A stretch of 64,000 nucleotides of DNA, from the NCBI GenBank assembly GCA_944372795.1, contig CALWAF010000001.1, forward strand, positions 64,390 to 128,389. The letters run 5' to 3'. Below, piece by piece: positions 26,777-35,597 of this stretch (the stretch's first letter is position 1; each line of letters starts with the position of its first letter). The translations under genes were made by a program, and so were the position numbers. This DNA is from an uncultured Clostridia bacterium (GTDB lineage: Bacteria; Bacillota; Clostridia; Christensenellales; CAG-917). The notes beneath the pieces are model-generated. The model was given only the letters and a program-made list of their open reading frames with translations. It was not told the DNA's origin and did no database searches.

Positions 26777-28062
26777 TTGTTCCCACCCTTTTCCGCCTGC
26801 TGTCGCACGCACACGCTGTCGCGGGGGATGACACCTCCCACGAGGTCCTCCGCGAACGCCGTGCAGCTGGGAGCGCCGCAAAGTCCGCAGTCCACCATGG
26901 GCAGAGTTTTGAGTATTTCCTCTTTCTCCATGAGTTTGCTCAACGCGGCGAGGCGGTTCTCGTCCAATTTGAACACGTCTTTGAGCCCGGGATTCTGTTC
27001 CCACATGAACCAGTCGAGGGGTTTGCCGAGGGACTCAACGGTGTTGATCTCTTTTTTCAGTTTGCGGGTGAGATAATGCACCCTAGAGCGCGCGACGAAG
27101 GGGTTTTCCACATTCATAACGCCGCCGACGCAGCCGCTCACGCAGGCATTGAGCTCGATGAACTCCATGTCGCCGAGCCCGCCGTCCTCGAGAGCTTCGA
27201 GGATCTTGACACACTGCTCCACTCCGTCCGCGGCTATGGTCTTGATGCCGCCCGTCGCGTTGGCTTCGCCGCGGCTTATGCCCCAGCTGAGCCCGCCCGC
27301 GCTCATGCGGCAGAGAGGCTTCACTTCCTCCAGCTTCTCCATGGCGGGGACGATGCGCATATAGGCGTCGGACACCGAGAGCACGCGATCGACGTAAGGA
27401 CGGTCTACGCCCAGCCCCATTTTCAGTGCGAACACCTTGGCGGGACAGGGAGAGATGAAGTAGACGCCGATGTCTTCCTCGGGCACTCCCTTTGCGACGG
27501 CGCGTTCCCTTGCGAGTTTTGCCGCCACGTCGACGGGAGCAAGGGTCGCGAGCAGATGGTCGCGAAGGTCGTGGTATTTCATCAGGATAAGTTCCAAAAT
27601 CGCGGGACACGCAGTGGAGATGATGGGCGCGGGCATGGACTTTTCCTGCATGATCCTGCGCGTGACGTCGGTGATGTACTCCGCCGCCTCCCCCACTTCG
27701 CCGACGTCGTCGAAGCCTATCGCGAGCAGCCCGTTGAGGACGGTGTCGATGTTCTCGAGGTTGTTGAACTGCCCGTAGAAAGACGGCGCGACGAGCGCGA
27801 TCTTATATTTGAAGTCGTCAAGATTGTCCCAAGAATCGTGGGAGGGCTTTTTCGCGTGATAGCGGCAGAGGCGTATGCACTCCCCGCAGCCGATGCATCT
27901 CTCGTAGGCGACGCTGGCTTTACCGCCGCGGACGCGGATGGCTTCCGTGGGACAGCGTTTCATGCACGTCACGCAGCCCCGGCACTTGTCGGGGTCGAGG
28001 GTGACGGTGTGCAGAGCCTTCTCGTCGAGGACGCACTTTATCTGCGATTTTTTTGCTGCCAT
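26773..28062 (-). CDS. [FeFe]-hydrogenase-like sensory paralogue (HydS-like) with C-terminal Fe-S domain
   Basis: ORF 26773..28062, 429 aa. Two N-terminal 4Fe-4S motifs (CRGCVTCMKRCP, CIGCGECIRLC). Degenerate H-cluster motifs STACPAI, SPCPAK and ELNACVSGCVGG. C-terminal CGLCGAPSCTAFAE. Confidence 0.75.
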   Translation of the reverse strand: MAAKKSQIKCVLDEKALHTVTLDPDKCRGCVTCMKRCPTEAIRVRGGKASVAYERCIGCGECIRLCRYHAKKPSHDSWDNLDDFKYKIALVAPSFYGQFNNLENIDTVLNGLLAIGFDDVGEVGEAAEYITDVTRRIMQEKSMPAPIISTACPAILELILMKYHDLRDHLLATLAPVDVAAKLARERAVAKGVPEEDIGVYFISPCPAKVFALKMGLGVDRPYVDRVLSVSDAYMRIVPAMEKLEEVKPLCRMSAGGLSWGISRGEANATGGIKTIAADGVEQCVKILEALEDGGLGDMEFIELNACVSGCVGGVMNVENPFVARSRVHYLTRKLKKEINTVESLGKPLDWFMWEQNPGLKDVFKLDENRLAALSKLMEKEEILKTLPMVDCGLCGAPSCTAFAEDLVGGVIPRDSVCVRQQAEKGGNK

Positions 28063-28081
28063 CCGAAGTTTCTCTCCCTTC

Positions 28082-28510
28082 TCAACCGAAGAATATCGTC
28101 ATGCGGACGGTGGTGCCCACGCCGACTTCGCTCTCGATGGAGAACTCGTCGGTGTACTTTTTCATGTTGGGCAGCCCCATCCCCGCTCCGAACCCGAGTG
28201 CGCGGATGTTCTCGGGAGCGGTGGACCACCCGGGCGTCATGGCGAGCTCCACGTCGGGGATGCCCTTGCCCTTGTCCGCAAGCACGATCTCTATACGGTC
28301 GAGATATATATCCGCGGTGGCGACTCCGCCGCCCGCGTGTATGACCATGTTGATCTCGCCCTCGTACATGGCGATGGCGACGCGTCTGATGTCCGCAGAG
28401 GGTATGCCCAGCTTTTTCAGCGTGCTCTTCACCTCTTCGGACGCCGTGCCCGCCGAGGCGAAATTGTCGCCGCTTACGGCAAACTCGAGGCGGATGCGGT
28501 CTTCACTCAT
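28082..28510 (-). CDS. RsbW/SpoIIAB-like GHKL serine-kinase-fold protein
   Basis: ORF 28082..28510, 142 aa. EGEINMVIHA N-box, DKGKGIPD G1, GFGAGMGLPNM G2. Confidence 0.7.
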   Translation of the reverse strand: MSEDRIRLEFAVSGDNFASAGTASEEVKSTLKKLGIPSADIRRVAIAMYEGEINMVIHAGGGVATADIYLDRIEIVLADKGKGIPDVELAMTPGWSTAPENIRALGFGAGMGLPNMKKYTDEFSIESEVGVGTTVRMTIFFG

Positions 28511-28848
28511 CAGGCCGCCAACCCTGCCGCGTACAACTTGCCTGCCGCCTCATAAGTGCTCATGTCGGTGACGATGAACACGATGTTATAGTTTTCGGCG
28601 AGCTTGATCATGTCCGCATCCGGGCGCTTGCCGCACACGAACACGATGCACGCGATGTCCACCATCACCGCCGTGCGCACCACCTGCGGATTTACAAGCC
28701 CCGTGATGAGCACGCCCTGATCGCGGACGTAAGCCAACACGTCGCTCATCATATCGAAGGCGCACGCGGAGGCGATGTCGGTGTCTGCCGCGTCGGGCGA
28801 GCAAAGGATGCTGCCCTCCACGACGGAAGCGATGTCTCTGATTTTCAT
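28510..28848 (-). CDS. small DRTGG-like domain protein
   Basis: ORF 28510..28848, 112 aa. VLITGLVNPQVVRTAVM pattern. Stop overlaps the next gene's start by 1 nt. Confidence 0.5.
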   Translation of the reverse strand: MKIRDIASVVEGSILCSPDAADTDIASACAFDMMSDVLAYVRDQGVLITGLVNPQVVRTAVMVDIACIVFVCGKRPDADMIKLAENYNIVFIVTDMSTYEAAGKLYAAGLAA

Positions 28849-28888
28849 AGGTCCACTCCGTGCGCGGCGCGAGCCGCGTTGTACTCTG

Positions 28889-29389
28889 TCAGTCGCGGTA
28901 CTTGGCCAGGATGCCGGGAATGTCCGCGGGGGTGAGCTTGCCGTAGACGTCGTCGCCTATGGTCATGACGGGTGCAAGCCCGCAGCAGCCGATACAGCGC
29001 GTGGAGCACAGCGAGAACTTCCCGTCGGAAGTGGTCGCGCCGTCCGAAAGCCCCAGCTCCGCCGCCAGCTTGTTGAACACGTCGCCAGAGCCTTTTACGT
29101 AGCACGCCGTGCCGAGGCACACCGCGACCGCGTGTTCACCCTTGGGATTGAGAGAAAACTGGCTGTAAAAAGTCGCCACACCGAAGACCTCTTCCAAAGA
29201 CGCGCCCAACTCCTCGGCGACTATCTTCTGGACCTCGATGGGAAGATAACCGTAAATTTCCTGCGCTGTCTGCAGGGCGGGCATCATGCTGCCCGGCATA
29301 TCCTTGATGGTGCGGAGCTCCGCACGCAGTTTAGCCTCTTGCGCGGCGGTGCCTTTGAACGCCACGGTCGTCAATTTGATCTGTGCCAT
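28889..29389 (-). CDS. hydC: NuoE-like [2Fe-2S] subunit of hydrogenase (HydC)
   Basis: ORF 28889..29389, 166 aa. CLGTACYVKG and CIGCCGLAPV motifs. First gene of the operon. Confidence 0.88.
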   Translation of the reverse strand: MAQIKLTTVAFKGTAAQEAKLRAELRTIKDMPGSMMPALQTAQEIYGYLPIEVQKIVAEELGASLEEVFGVATFYSQFSLNPKGEHAVAVCLGTACYVKGSGDVFNKLAAELGLSDGATTSDGKFSLCSTRCIGCCGLAPVMTIGDDVYGKLTPADIPGILAKYRD

Positions 29390-29537
29390 ATTTCCTCCGA
29401 AAACAACGTAAGCGACGCTTTCGCGCCAACGGAGTTATTGTAGCATAACCCCGAATAAATTGCAATGACAAAATCTTACGATTAAACGCGCGCGTGCAAG
29501 ACGCGCGCTATGTGCACGCGCGTCATATCTTTTTGGG

Positions 29538-29818
29538 ATGCCGGAGCGGAATAATACGAACCTGCCTCAGAGCAATTCTTTTCGGCGCTTTTGCACAGCC
29601 GAAACTTGCGGGTATGTATACTATTGCCTGCGTTCCGCCAGAGCAAAATCATCCGAAAATCTCTTGCTCTGAGGTGCGAGCAGTTCCGCGCCAGCCGATT
29701 TTTGGCTGAGCAAGGAAGTCGGCGCCGCTAATACCTGCCCGTATTAGCAAGGCGAATGACGCAGTTCAGGCGGAAATCGGCGACGCTGAACCCGGTTCGT
29801 ATTATTCCGCTCCGGCAT
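29538..29818. repeat. 281-nt element closed by a perfect 25-bp inverted repeat, with multiple internal hairpins
   Basis: Arms ATGCCGGAGCGGAATAATACGAACC at 29538-29562 and its exact reverse complement at 29794-29818. The right arm encodes the last 5 codons and the stop of nadE. Confidence 0.85.
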
Positions 29819-30557
29819 AGCGCAGAGGCATACGGCGTTTGTGCGCCGTCCTCTCCTCCATGCCCGCGATGCGGCGGCGCATACTCTCCGAGAGTTCCCC
29901 TCCCCTGATGTACGCCGTGATGTCGCCGTAGGTCACGCCCAACTCCGTTTCGTCCGTCTGCTCGGGGTAAAGCCCTGCGGACGGCGCCTTTTCGATGATG
30001 CTTGCGGGCGCGTCCAAAAAGCGGAGCATCTCGTAGATCTCGGGAACGGTGAGGTCGGCGATGGGGTCGAAGTCGTATGCCCCGTCCCCCCACTTGGTGA
30101 AGTAGCCCACCGTGTATTCGCAGAGGTTGCCCGTGCCCGCGACGAGATAGCCCTTCGCCTGACCGAGAGCGTAAAGCGTCGTCATGCGAAGACGGGGATT
30201 GATGTTGATGAGGGCGCTTCTAGCCGCACCGTTCTCCTCCCCTTCCGCAAGCCCGTCGCCCAGCGCCGCAACGAGGCTTTCCTTGACGGCGGTAAGATCC
30301 ACCTCCGTCTGCTCTATGCCGAAGTGCCTGCCCGCGGCGAGAGCGTCGTCGCGGTCGGAGCCGTAGTTGGCGGAGGACTGACAGGGCATGATGACGCCCA
30401 GCACGTTCGGAGTCGCCATGCGGCAGAGAGCGCCCACCAGAGTGCAGTCCTTCCCGCCGCTGTTGCCGTAGATGATGCCCCTCGCGCCCGAGCTTTCCAG
30501 CACCTCTTTTATCCACTTCACGCGATTTTCGACATTTGTGCTAATATCCATATCCAT
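29802..30557 (-). CDS. nadE: ammonia-dependent NAD+ synthetase
   Basis: ORF 29802..30590 trimmed to ATG 30557 (GGAGG RBS). GIIYGNSGGKDC ATP-pyrophosphatase motif. Confidence 0.85.
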   Translation of the reverse strand: MDMDISTNVENRVKWIKEVLESSGARGIIYGNSGGKDCTLVGALCRMATPNVLGVIMPCQSSANYGSDRDDALAAGRHFGIEQTEVDLTAVKESLVAALGDGLAEGEENGAARSALININPRLRMTTLYALGQAKGYLVAGTGNLCEYTVGYFTKWGDGAYDFDPIADLTVPEIYEMLRFLDAPASIIEKAPSAGLYPEQTDETELGVTYGDITAYIRGGELSESMRRRIAGMEERTAHKRRMPLRYAGAE

Positions 30558-30709
30558 GCCTCCGTTCTGCGGCTGTATTTCACCAAGCAATTATATTCCG
30601 TCCTTTAACGTTTTTCAAGCCAATTTTAAGCAAAATGGGGGTTGTATTTGCAAAAAAGTTGGGGTATAATGGTCTCGATCACAAAAAAAACCTCAAAAAG
30701 GAGTAAATT

Positions 30710-31849
30710 ATGAGAAAAGCATTTATATGCCCCACCAAGTATGTGCAAGGCGAAGACGAGCTGCTCAACCTCGGCTATTTCGTCAAGACTTTCGGCAAGA
30801 AAGCGCTGCTCATCGCCCACAAGGACGACATCGCGCGCGTTCAGGACAAGCTGGACAAGACCGCCGCGCAGTATAAGGTGGAATTCATCCCCGCCAACTT
30901 CAACGGCGAGTGCTCCCGTCAGGAAGTCGCGAGACTGCAAGAGATGGCAAAGGCAAACAAGTGCGCCTGCACCATCGGTCTCGGCGGCGGCAAAGCCATC
31001 GACACCGCAAAATGCGTCGCCAAGGGCGAGGCTCTCATCATCTGCCCCACCATCGCGGCGACCGACGCTCCCACGTCCCACTCCGCGGTGCTCTACACTC
31101 CCGACGGCGCTTTCGACGACTATGCCTACTTCAAGCAGAGCCCCAGCGTGATCCTCATCGACACCAGCGTCATCGCGAAGGCACCCGTCCGCTTCCTTGT
31201 GTCCGGCATGGGCGACGCCCTGTCCACCTACTTCGAAGCAAGAGCGAACGTCCAGTCCTTCTGCGACGTCAACGCGGGTCTGCCCTGCGGCGCCGACAGA
31301 AAGAAGGGCACCCTGCTCGCCAGAGGCACCAACGCGGCATTCGCGCTCGCCACTCTGTGCTATCAGACCCTGCTCTCCGACGGCTATAAGGCGAAACTCG
31401 CCTGCGAGAGCAACGTTGTCACTCCCGCTCTCGAGAACATCATCGAGACCAACATCCTGCTCTCCGGTCTCGGCTTCGAGTCCGGCGGTCTTGCAGCGGC
31501 GCACGCCATCCACGACGGACTCACCGTGCTCGAGGAGACCCACAAGTACTTCCACGGCGAGAAGGTCGCATTCGGCACCATCTGCCAGCTCGTGCTCGAG
31601 AACGCCTCCGATGAGGAGATCAACACCGTCATCGGCTTCTGCCTCGAAGTCGGTCTGCCCGTCTGCCTCGAGGACATCGGCGTGCACGACATCGGCGACA
31701 GGCTGATGGAAGTTGCAGAGAAGGCTTGCATCCCCGATGAGTCCATCCACTTCATGCCCTTCCCCGTGACGGTCGAATCCGTCGCCGCGGCGATCCTCGC
31801 CGCCGACAAGCTCGGCCGCGACGCAAAGGGTTGCTGCTGCTGTGACTGA
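30710..31849 (+). CDS. gldA: glycerol dehydrogenase
   Basis: ORF 30710..31849, 379 aa. AAGGAG RBS. GLGGGKAIDTAK and iron-ADH-family His motifs. Confidence 0.88.
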   Translation: MRKAFICPTKYVQGEDELLNLGYFVKTFGKKALLIAHKDDIARVQDKLDKTAAQYKVEFIPANFNGECSRQEVARLQEMAKANKCACTIGLGGGKAIDTAKCVAKGEALIICPTIAATDAPTSHSAVLYTPDGAFDDYAYFKQSPSVILIDTSVIAKAPVRFLVSGMGDALSTYFEARANVQSFCDVNAGLPCGADRKKGTLLARGTNAAFALATLCYQTLLSDGYKAKLACESNVVTPALENIIETNILLSGLGFESGGLAAAHAIHDGLTVLEETHKYFHGEKVAFGTICQLVLENASDEEINTVIGFCLEVGLPVCLEDIGVHDIGDRLMEVAEKACIPDESIHFMPFPVTVESVAAAILAADKLGRDAKGCCCCD

Positions 31850-31873
31850 CGTGAGAATGATTTGACACCAAAA

Positions 31874-31907
31874 GGCGGAGGCGGACCCACGTCCGCTTCC
31901 GCCCTTT
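31874..31907 (+). terminator. hairpin between gldA and the dihydroxyacetone kinase gene (weak terminator or attenuator)
   Basis: 13-bp stem GGCGGAGGCGGAC / GTCCGCTTCCGCC with one G:U pair, followed only by CTTT. Confidence 0.35.
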
Positions 31908-31926
31908 GACTAAAAAGGAGACTGCA

Positions 31927-33747
31927 ATGAAAAAGATCATCAACACTCCCGAAACCGTAGTCTACGATATGTGTCACGGGCTTGCCAAGGCGCATCCCGA
32001 ACTCGAATTCGTGGAAAAGTATAAGATCGTCAAAAAGAAGGAGATCGACGAAAACAAGGTCTCCCTCATCTCCGGCGGCGGCTCCGGGCACGAGCCCGCA
32101 CATGCGGGATTCGTCGGCAAGGGTATGCTGGACTGCGCCGTCTGCGGCGACGTCTTCGCCTCCCCTTCCCAGATCCAAGTGTACAACGCCATCAAGGAGT
32201 GCGCCACCGACAAGGGCGTGCTGCTCATCATCAAGAACTACTCCGGCGACTGCATGAACTTCAACAACGCGGCGGACCTCGCGCGTGAAGAGGACGGCAT
32301 CAAAGTGGACGCCGTCTACGTCAACGACGACATCGCGGTCAAGGACTCCCTCTACACCGTCGGACGCCGCGGCGTCGCGGGCACCGTCTTCGTGCACAAG
32401 ATCGCGGGCGCCGCTGCCGAACAGGGCAAGTCGCTTGACGAAGTGAAGGCTGTCGCGAACAAGGTCATCGAGAACGTGCGTTCCTTCGGCTTCGCTCTCA
32501 CCAGCTGCACTCCCCCCGCAAAAGGCACCCCGATTTTCGACATCGCCGACGACGAGATCGAGTTCGGCGTGGGCATCCACGGCGAGCCCGGCAGGAAGAC
32601 GGAAAAGATCCAAACGGCAGATGAACTTGCAAAACGTATCGTTAAAGACCTGCTTGAGGATGTCGGCGGCAAGAAGGGCGACGATATGGCGCTGCTCATC
32701 AACGGCTTCGGCGCCACCCCGCTCATGGAGCTTTACGTCCTCAACAATTCCGTCACGAACGAGCTCGAGAAGGCGGGCATTTCCGTCTACAAGACGCTGG
32801 TGGGCAACTTCATGACCTCCATCGACATGGCAGGCGCATCCGTCACCGTGCTCAAGCTCGACGACGAGCTCAAGGCCCTTCTCGATGCTCCCGTTTCCAC
32901 CCCCGCTCTCTCTTGGGGAGGCGCGATGGACGCACAGGCGGAGGCAGCGGTGGAAGCTATGCACGCCATCGCGAAAGCCCTCGGCTACACCCCCGCGGAG
33001 CACGCTGCCGCGCCCTCCGCAAAAGCCGCAAAAAAGGATGCCAAAGCCGCAAAAAAGGCTGCCGTCTATGAGGTGAAGGGCAAACCCGTCGTGGGCGAGA
33101 CCATCAACACCGCCGCGTTTGTCAAGATCGTGGACAAGATGGCGGACGTCATCATCGAGAACGAGGTCCCCTTCTGCGACGCGGACAAAATGGGCGACGG
33201 CGACTTCGGCATGAGCATCGCAAAAGGCTTCCGTCAGCTCAAGAAGGAATGGGCAACGAGGGATAAATCCGACATCGGCGCCTTCCTCCGCAGCTGCAGC
33301 GAGATCATCATGGAATACTGCGGCGGAGCAAGCGGTCCCATCTGGGGCAGCGCCTTCCGCTATGCAGGCAAGACAGCGGACGGCAAGGACGAGATCACTC
33401 TTGCCGACCTTGCCGACATCTTCCAAGCCGCGAACAAGGGCGTGTACGAGACGGGCAAAAAGTCCTTCGGCAAGGGCGCCGTCGTCGGCGACAAGACCCT
33501 CGTCGATGCGCTGAAACCCTGCGCCGACGCACTCGAAAAGGCGGCGAAAGACGGCAAGTCCCTCCTCGACGGCGTGAAGCTCGGCGCAGAGGCTGCTGTC
33601 GCGGGCGCGGAAAGCACCAAGACCGTCGTCGCAAAACTCGGCAGAGCGGGCACCGTGGGCGAGAAGTCCATCGGCTATCCCGATGCGGGAGCGTACGGGC
33701 TGGGCGTCATCTTCACGGAGCTTGCGAAATACATCGCCAAGATGTAA
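31927..33747 (+). CDS. fused dihydroxyacetone (glycerone) kinase, DhaK + DhaL domains
   Basis: ORF 31906..33747 trimmed to ATG 31927 (AAGGAG RBS). Dak1 motif GGGSGHEPAH. Dak2 motif GDGDFG. Ala/Lys-rich linker between the domains. Confidence 0.88.
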   Translation: MKKIINTPETVVYDMCHGLAKAHPELEFVEKYKIVKKKEIDENKVSLISGGGSGHEPAHAGFVGKGMLDCAVCGDVFASPSQIQVYNAIKECATDKGVLLIIKNYSGDCMNFNNAADLAREEDGIKVDAVYVNDDIAVKDSLYTVGRRGVAGTVFVHKIAGAAAEQGKSLDEVKAVANKVIENVRSFGFALTSCTPPAKGTPIFDIADDEIEFGVGIHGEPGRKTEKIQTADELAKRIVKDLLEDVGGKKGDDMALLINGFGATPLMELYVLNNSVTNELEKAGISVYKTLVGNFMTSIDMAGASVTVLKLDDELKALLDAPVSTPALSWGGAMDAQAEAAVEAMHAIAKALGYTPAEHAAAPSAKAAKKDAKAAKKAAVYEVKGKPVVGETINTAAFVKIVDKMADVIIENEVPFCDADKMGDGDFGMSIAKGFRQLKKEWATRDKSDIGAFLRSCSEIIMEYCGGASGPIWGSAFRYAGKTADGKDEITLADLADIFQAANKGVYETGKKSFGKGAVVGDKTLVDALKPCADALEKAAKDGKSLLDGVKLGAEAAVAGAESTKTVVAKLGRAGTVGEKSIGYPDAGAYGLGVIFTELAKYIAKM

Positions 33748-33763
33748 ACCGTGTTTCAAAAAA

Positions 33764-33796
33764 AGTCGGAGGCACCCGCCTCCGACTTTTTCTTTT
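33764..33796 (+). terminator. intrinsic terminator
   Basis: AGTCGGAGGC-ACCC-GCCTCCGACT followed by TTTTTC. Confidence 0.7.
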
Positions 33797-33936
33797 CCGC
33801 CTTTTCCCGCCTTGCGCGAGCCTCCGAAACGCGCATCCGGGATGACTTGTCCCCCCCTCTCCTCTCCCCTTTTCCGCAAAAAACTTTTACATAGGTTTTT
33901 CCGCGATATTTTCTTGACAAAACGCTCGCAAAACCG

Positions 33937-33965
33937 TTGACAAAAGTGCTCGGAAGCAATATACT
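33937..33965 (+). promoter_or_regulatory. sigma-A-type promoter of tRNA-Leu
   Basis: TTGACA, 17 nt, TATACT. The tRNA 5' end lies 12 nt downstream. Confidence 0.55.
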
Positions 33966-33976
33966 ATTTTCACTGT

Positions 33977-34061
33977 GCGGCCATGGCGGAACTGGCAGAC
34001 GCGTACGTTTGAGGGGCGTATGGTTAACCCCGTCCGAGTTCAAGTCTCGGTGGCCGCACCA
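33977..34061 (+). tRNA. tRNA-Leu (anticodon GAG)
   Basis: Hand-folded cloverleaf. Acceptor GCGGCCA/UGGCCGC. Anticodon loop UUGAGGG. Long variable arm. T-arm CCGAG-UUCAAGU-CUCGG. Encoded CCA. Confidence 0.9.
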
Positions 34062-34085
34062 ACGTCGTCGCAAGGCGCTATTAGC

Positions 34086-34113
34086 AAACACCCCGCAAAA
34101 TTGCGGGGTGTTT
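34086..34113 (+). terminator. intrinsic terminator after tRNA-Leu
   Basis: AAACACCCCGCAA-AA-TTGCGGGGTGTTT hairpin. Confidence 0.65.
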
Positions 34114-34336
34114 GCATATGAGTCTGCGGCTCCTCTTCGCGTCGCAAAAATGCAAGCCGTTCATTCGCTCCTCGTTTTTCGCTTTGCTCTAAACTATCGC
34201 TCTTTCACTTATTTCCGCTCGCGGCGGAAATAAGTTGGATTTTAAGCAACAAATGTGCTGTGCTCTTTGCTTTGTCAAACACTAAAATTTGCTATCGGGA
34301 ATATCTTTTTGCTTCTCCGTCAGTCCCGACACAACG

Positions 34337-35323
34337 CTACTTGCGATCGCGTATCGATTCCCTTTCCAGCACTATCGGGTCGATCTTCTTAAAAACGGGC
34401 TTATGCTGCGCGCCGTCGCGCAGCCCTTTGATCAGCGCATCCGCTATCATCTTACCCAAAACATCAATGGGATGCCCTATCGCGGTTATGTTGAGAAGAT
34501 CTGCCCACGACGTATCGTCATATTGGATTATGCTTATGTCATCGGGGATCTTGAGTGACAGTTTTTGGACGGCTTTTACGGTGTTGAATCCGATCGTATC
34601 CGATACCGTGATGACAGCCGTCGGCGAGAACGCGAGCAATCTTGTGCATATTTTATCGGTGATGAATTCCTTATCTCCCATTGCAAACAACGAAGCGTCT
34701 TCTACGGTCAAACCGAAATCTTCATGCGCCTTTTTGAATCCGTCTACCCTCGTCTGCCATATGGCATTATCGAATCCTATCAGCATTATCCTACGGTGTC
34801 CGCTGTAAAGCAACCGACGCGCCGCAAGGTATGCTCCGTAATAATCATCCACCACGATACTGTCGAACTCGTCATACTGTTTCGTAAACAATTGCAAAAT
34901 ATAGACTCCTTGGCGGCTGAGCAATCTGGCGGTATCGGGATTGTAATTATTCGGCGAAAACATGATAGCCGACATCGAATTCCCCAAAAAATTATGTATT
35001 TTCGCATCGATGCGTTCATCGTCGCCCAACCCGAAATTTATGAAAAGTCTGAACCGAGTGTCGAGGTTCTTTTCGATCGAACGGATAAGCCGATTGAAAA
35101 AGGGGTTCTGCACGTCATTGACAATAAAACCTATGTTGTGATTCGTCTTGGATTTAAGATTGCTCGCAAAATAGTTGGGCACATAGCCGAGTTGTTCTAC
35201 CGCTTCGTTTATAATCTGCCGCTTCTTGTCACTCACTGCCTTCGGATTGTTGAGAGCGCGCGAAATTGTGGAAACGGATATTTTGGTATAATCGGATATA
35301 TCTTTTATTGTTACGTTTGCCAT
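34337..35323 (-). CDS. LacI-family transcriptional regulator
   Basis: ORF 34337..35323, 328 aa. N-terminal HTH IKDISDYTKISVSTISRALN, then a sugar-binding fold. Confidence 0.88.
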   Translation of the reverse strand: MANVTIKDISDYTKISVSTISRALNNPKAVSDKKRQIINEAVEQLGYVPNYFASNLKSKTNHNIGFIVNDVQNPFFNRLIRSIEKNLDTRFRLFINFGLGDDERIDAKIHNFLGNSMSAIMFSPNNYNPDTARLLSRQGVYILQLFTKQYDEFDSIVVDDYYGAYLAARRLLYSGHRRIMLIGFDNAIWQTRVDGFKKAHEDFGLTVEDASLFAMGDKEFITDKICTRLLAFSPTAVITVSDTIGFNTVKAVQKLSLKIPDDISIIQYDDTSWADLLNITAIGHPIDVLGKMIADALIKGLRDGAQHKPVFKKIDPIVLERESIRDRK

Positions 35324-35450
35324 GCTTTACCTTACCTCATTTTCGATCGCATCGTCTGCCGATATTAAACAAGCCCGATCACCCCTGACGACAACTTAAA
35401 ACAGTGACCGAACTTACGTAACGATCCGAATATCCGATTATGTCATTGGG

Positions 35451-35465
35451 TGATAATCGTTTTCA
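35451..35465. promoter_or_regulatory. candidate LacI/CcpA-type operator
   Basis: TGATAATCGTTTTCA (reverse complement TGAAAACGATTATCA) in the lacI-GH13 divergent region. Confidence 0.4.
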
Positions 35466-35529
35466 TTATTATGATAAATGATGCGAATATCAATGTCAAT
35501 TATAGGAGTATAATTTAGGGAAAGTCTTT

Positions 35530-35544
35530 ATGAAAACGTTCTCT
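35530..35544. promoter_or_regulatory. candidate LacI/CcpA-type operator
   Basis: ATGAAAACGTTCTCT fits the cre-like pattern WTGNAANCGNWNNCW. Confidence 0.45.
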
Positions 35545-35597
35545 TATTTTGACATATCACGGTTGACTTCTTGCAAAAAACCTCTTACAATTATTGT

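Noticed and set aside
29390-29540. Rex (redox repressor) operator upstream of the hydrogenase operon
   Set aside because: I looked for TTGTGAA/TTGTTAA...TTCACAA-type palindromes and found none. I saw only GC-rich palindromes (GCGCGT..ACGCGC) and a plausible TTGCAA-17-TACAAT promoter. A matrix scan would be needed to exclude Rex control.
29494-29709. 71-aa plus-strand ORF in the nadE-hydC intergenic region
   Set aside because: It has no RBS and an odd composition, and it is entirely embedded in the inverted-repeat and hairpin element. It is more likely non-coding.
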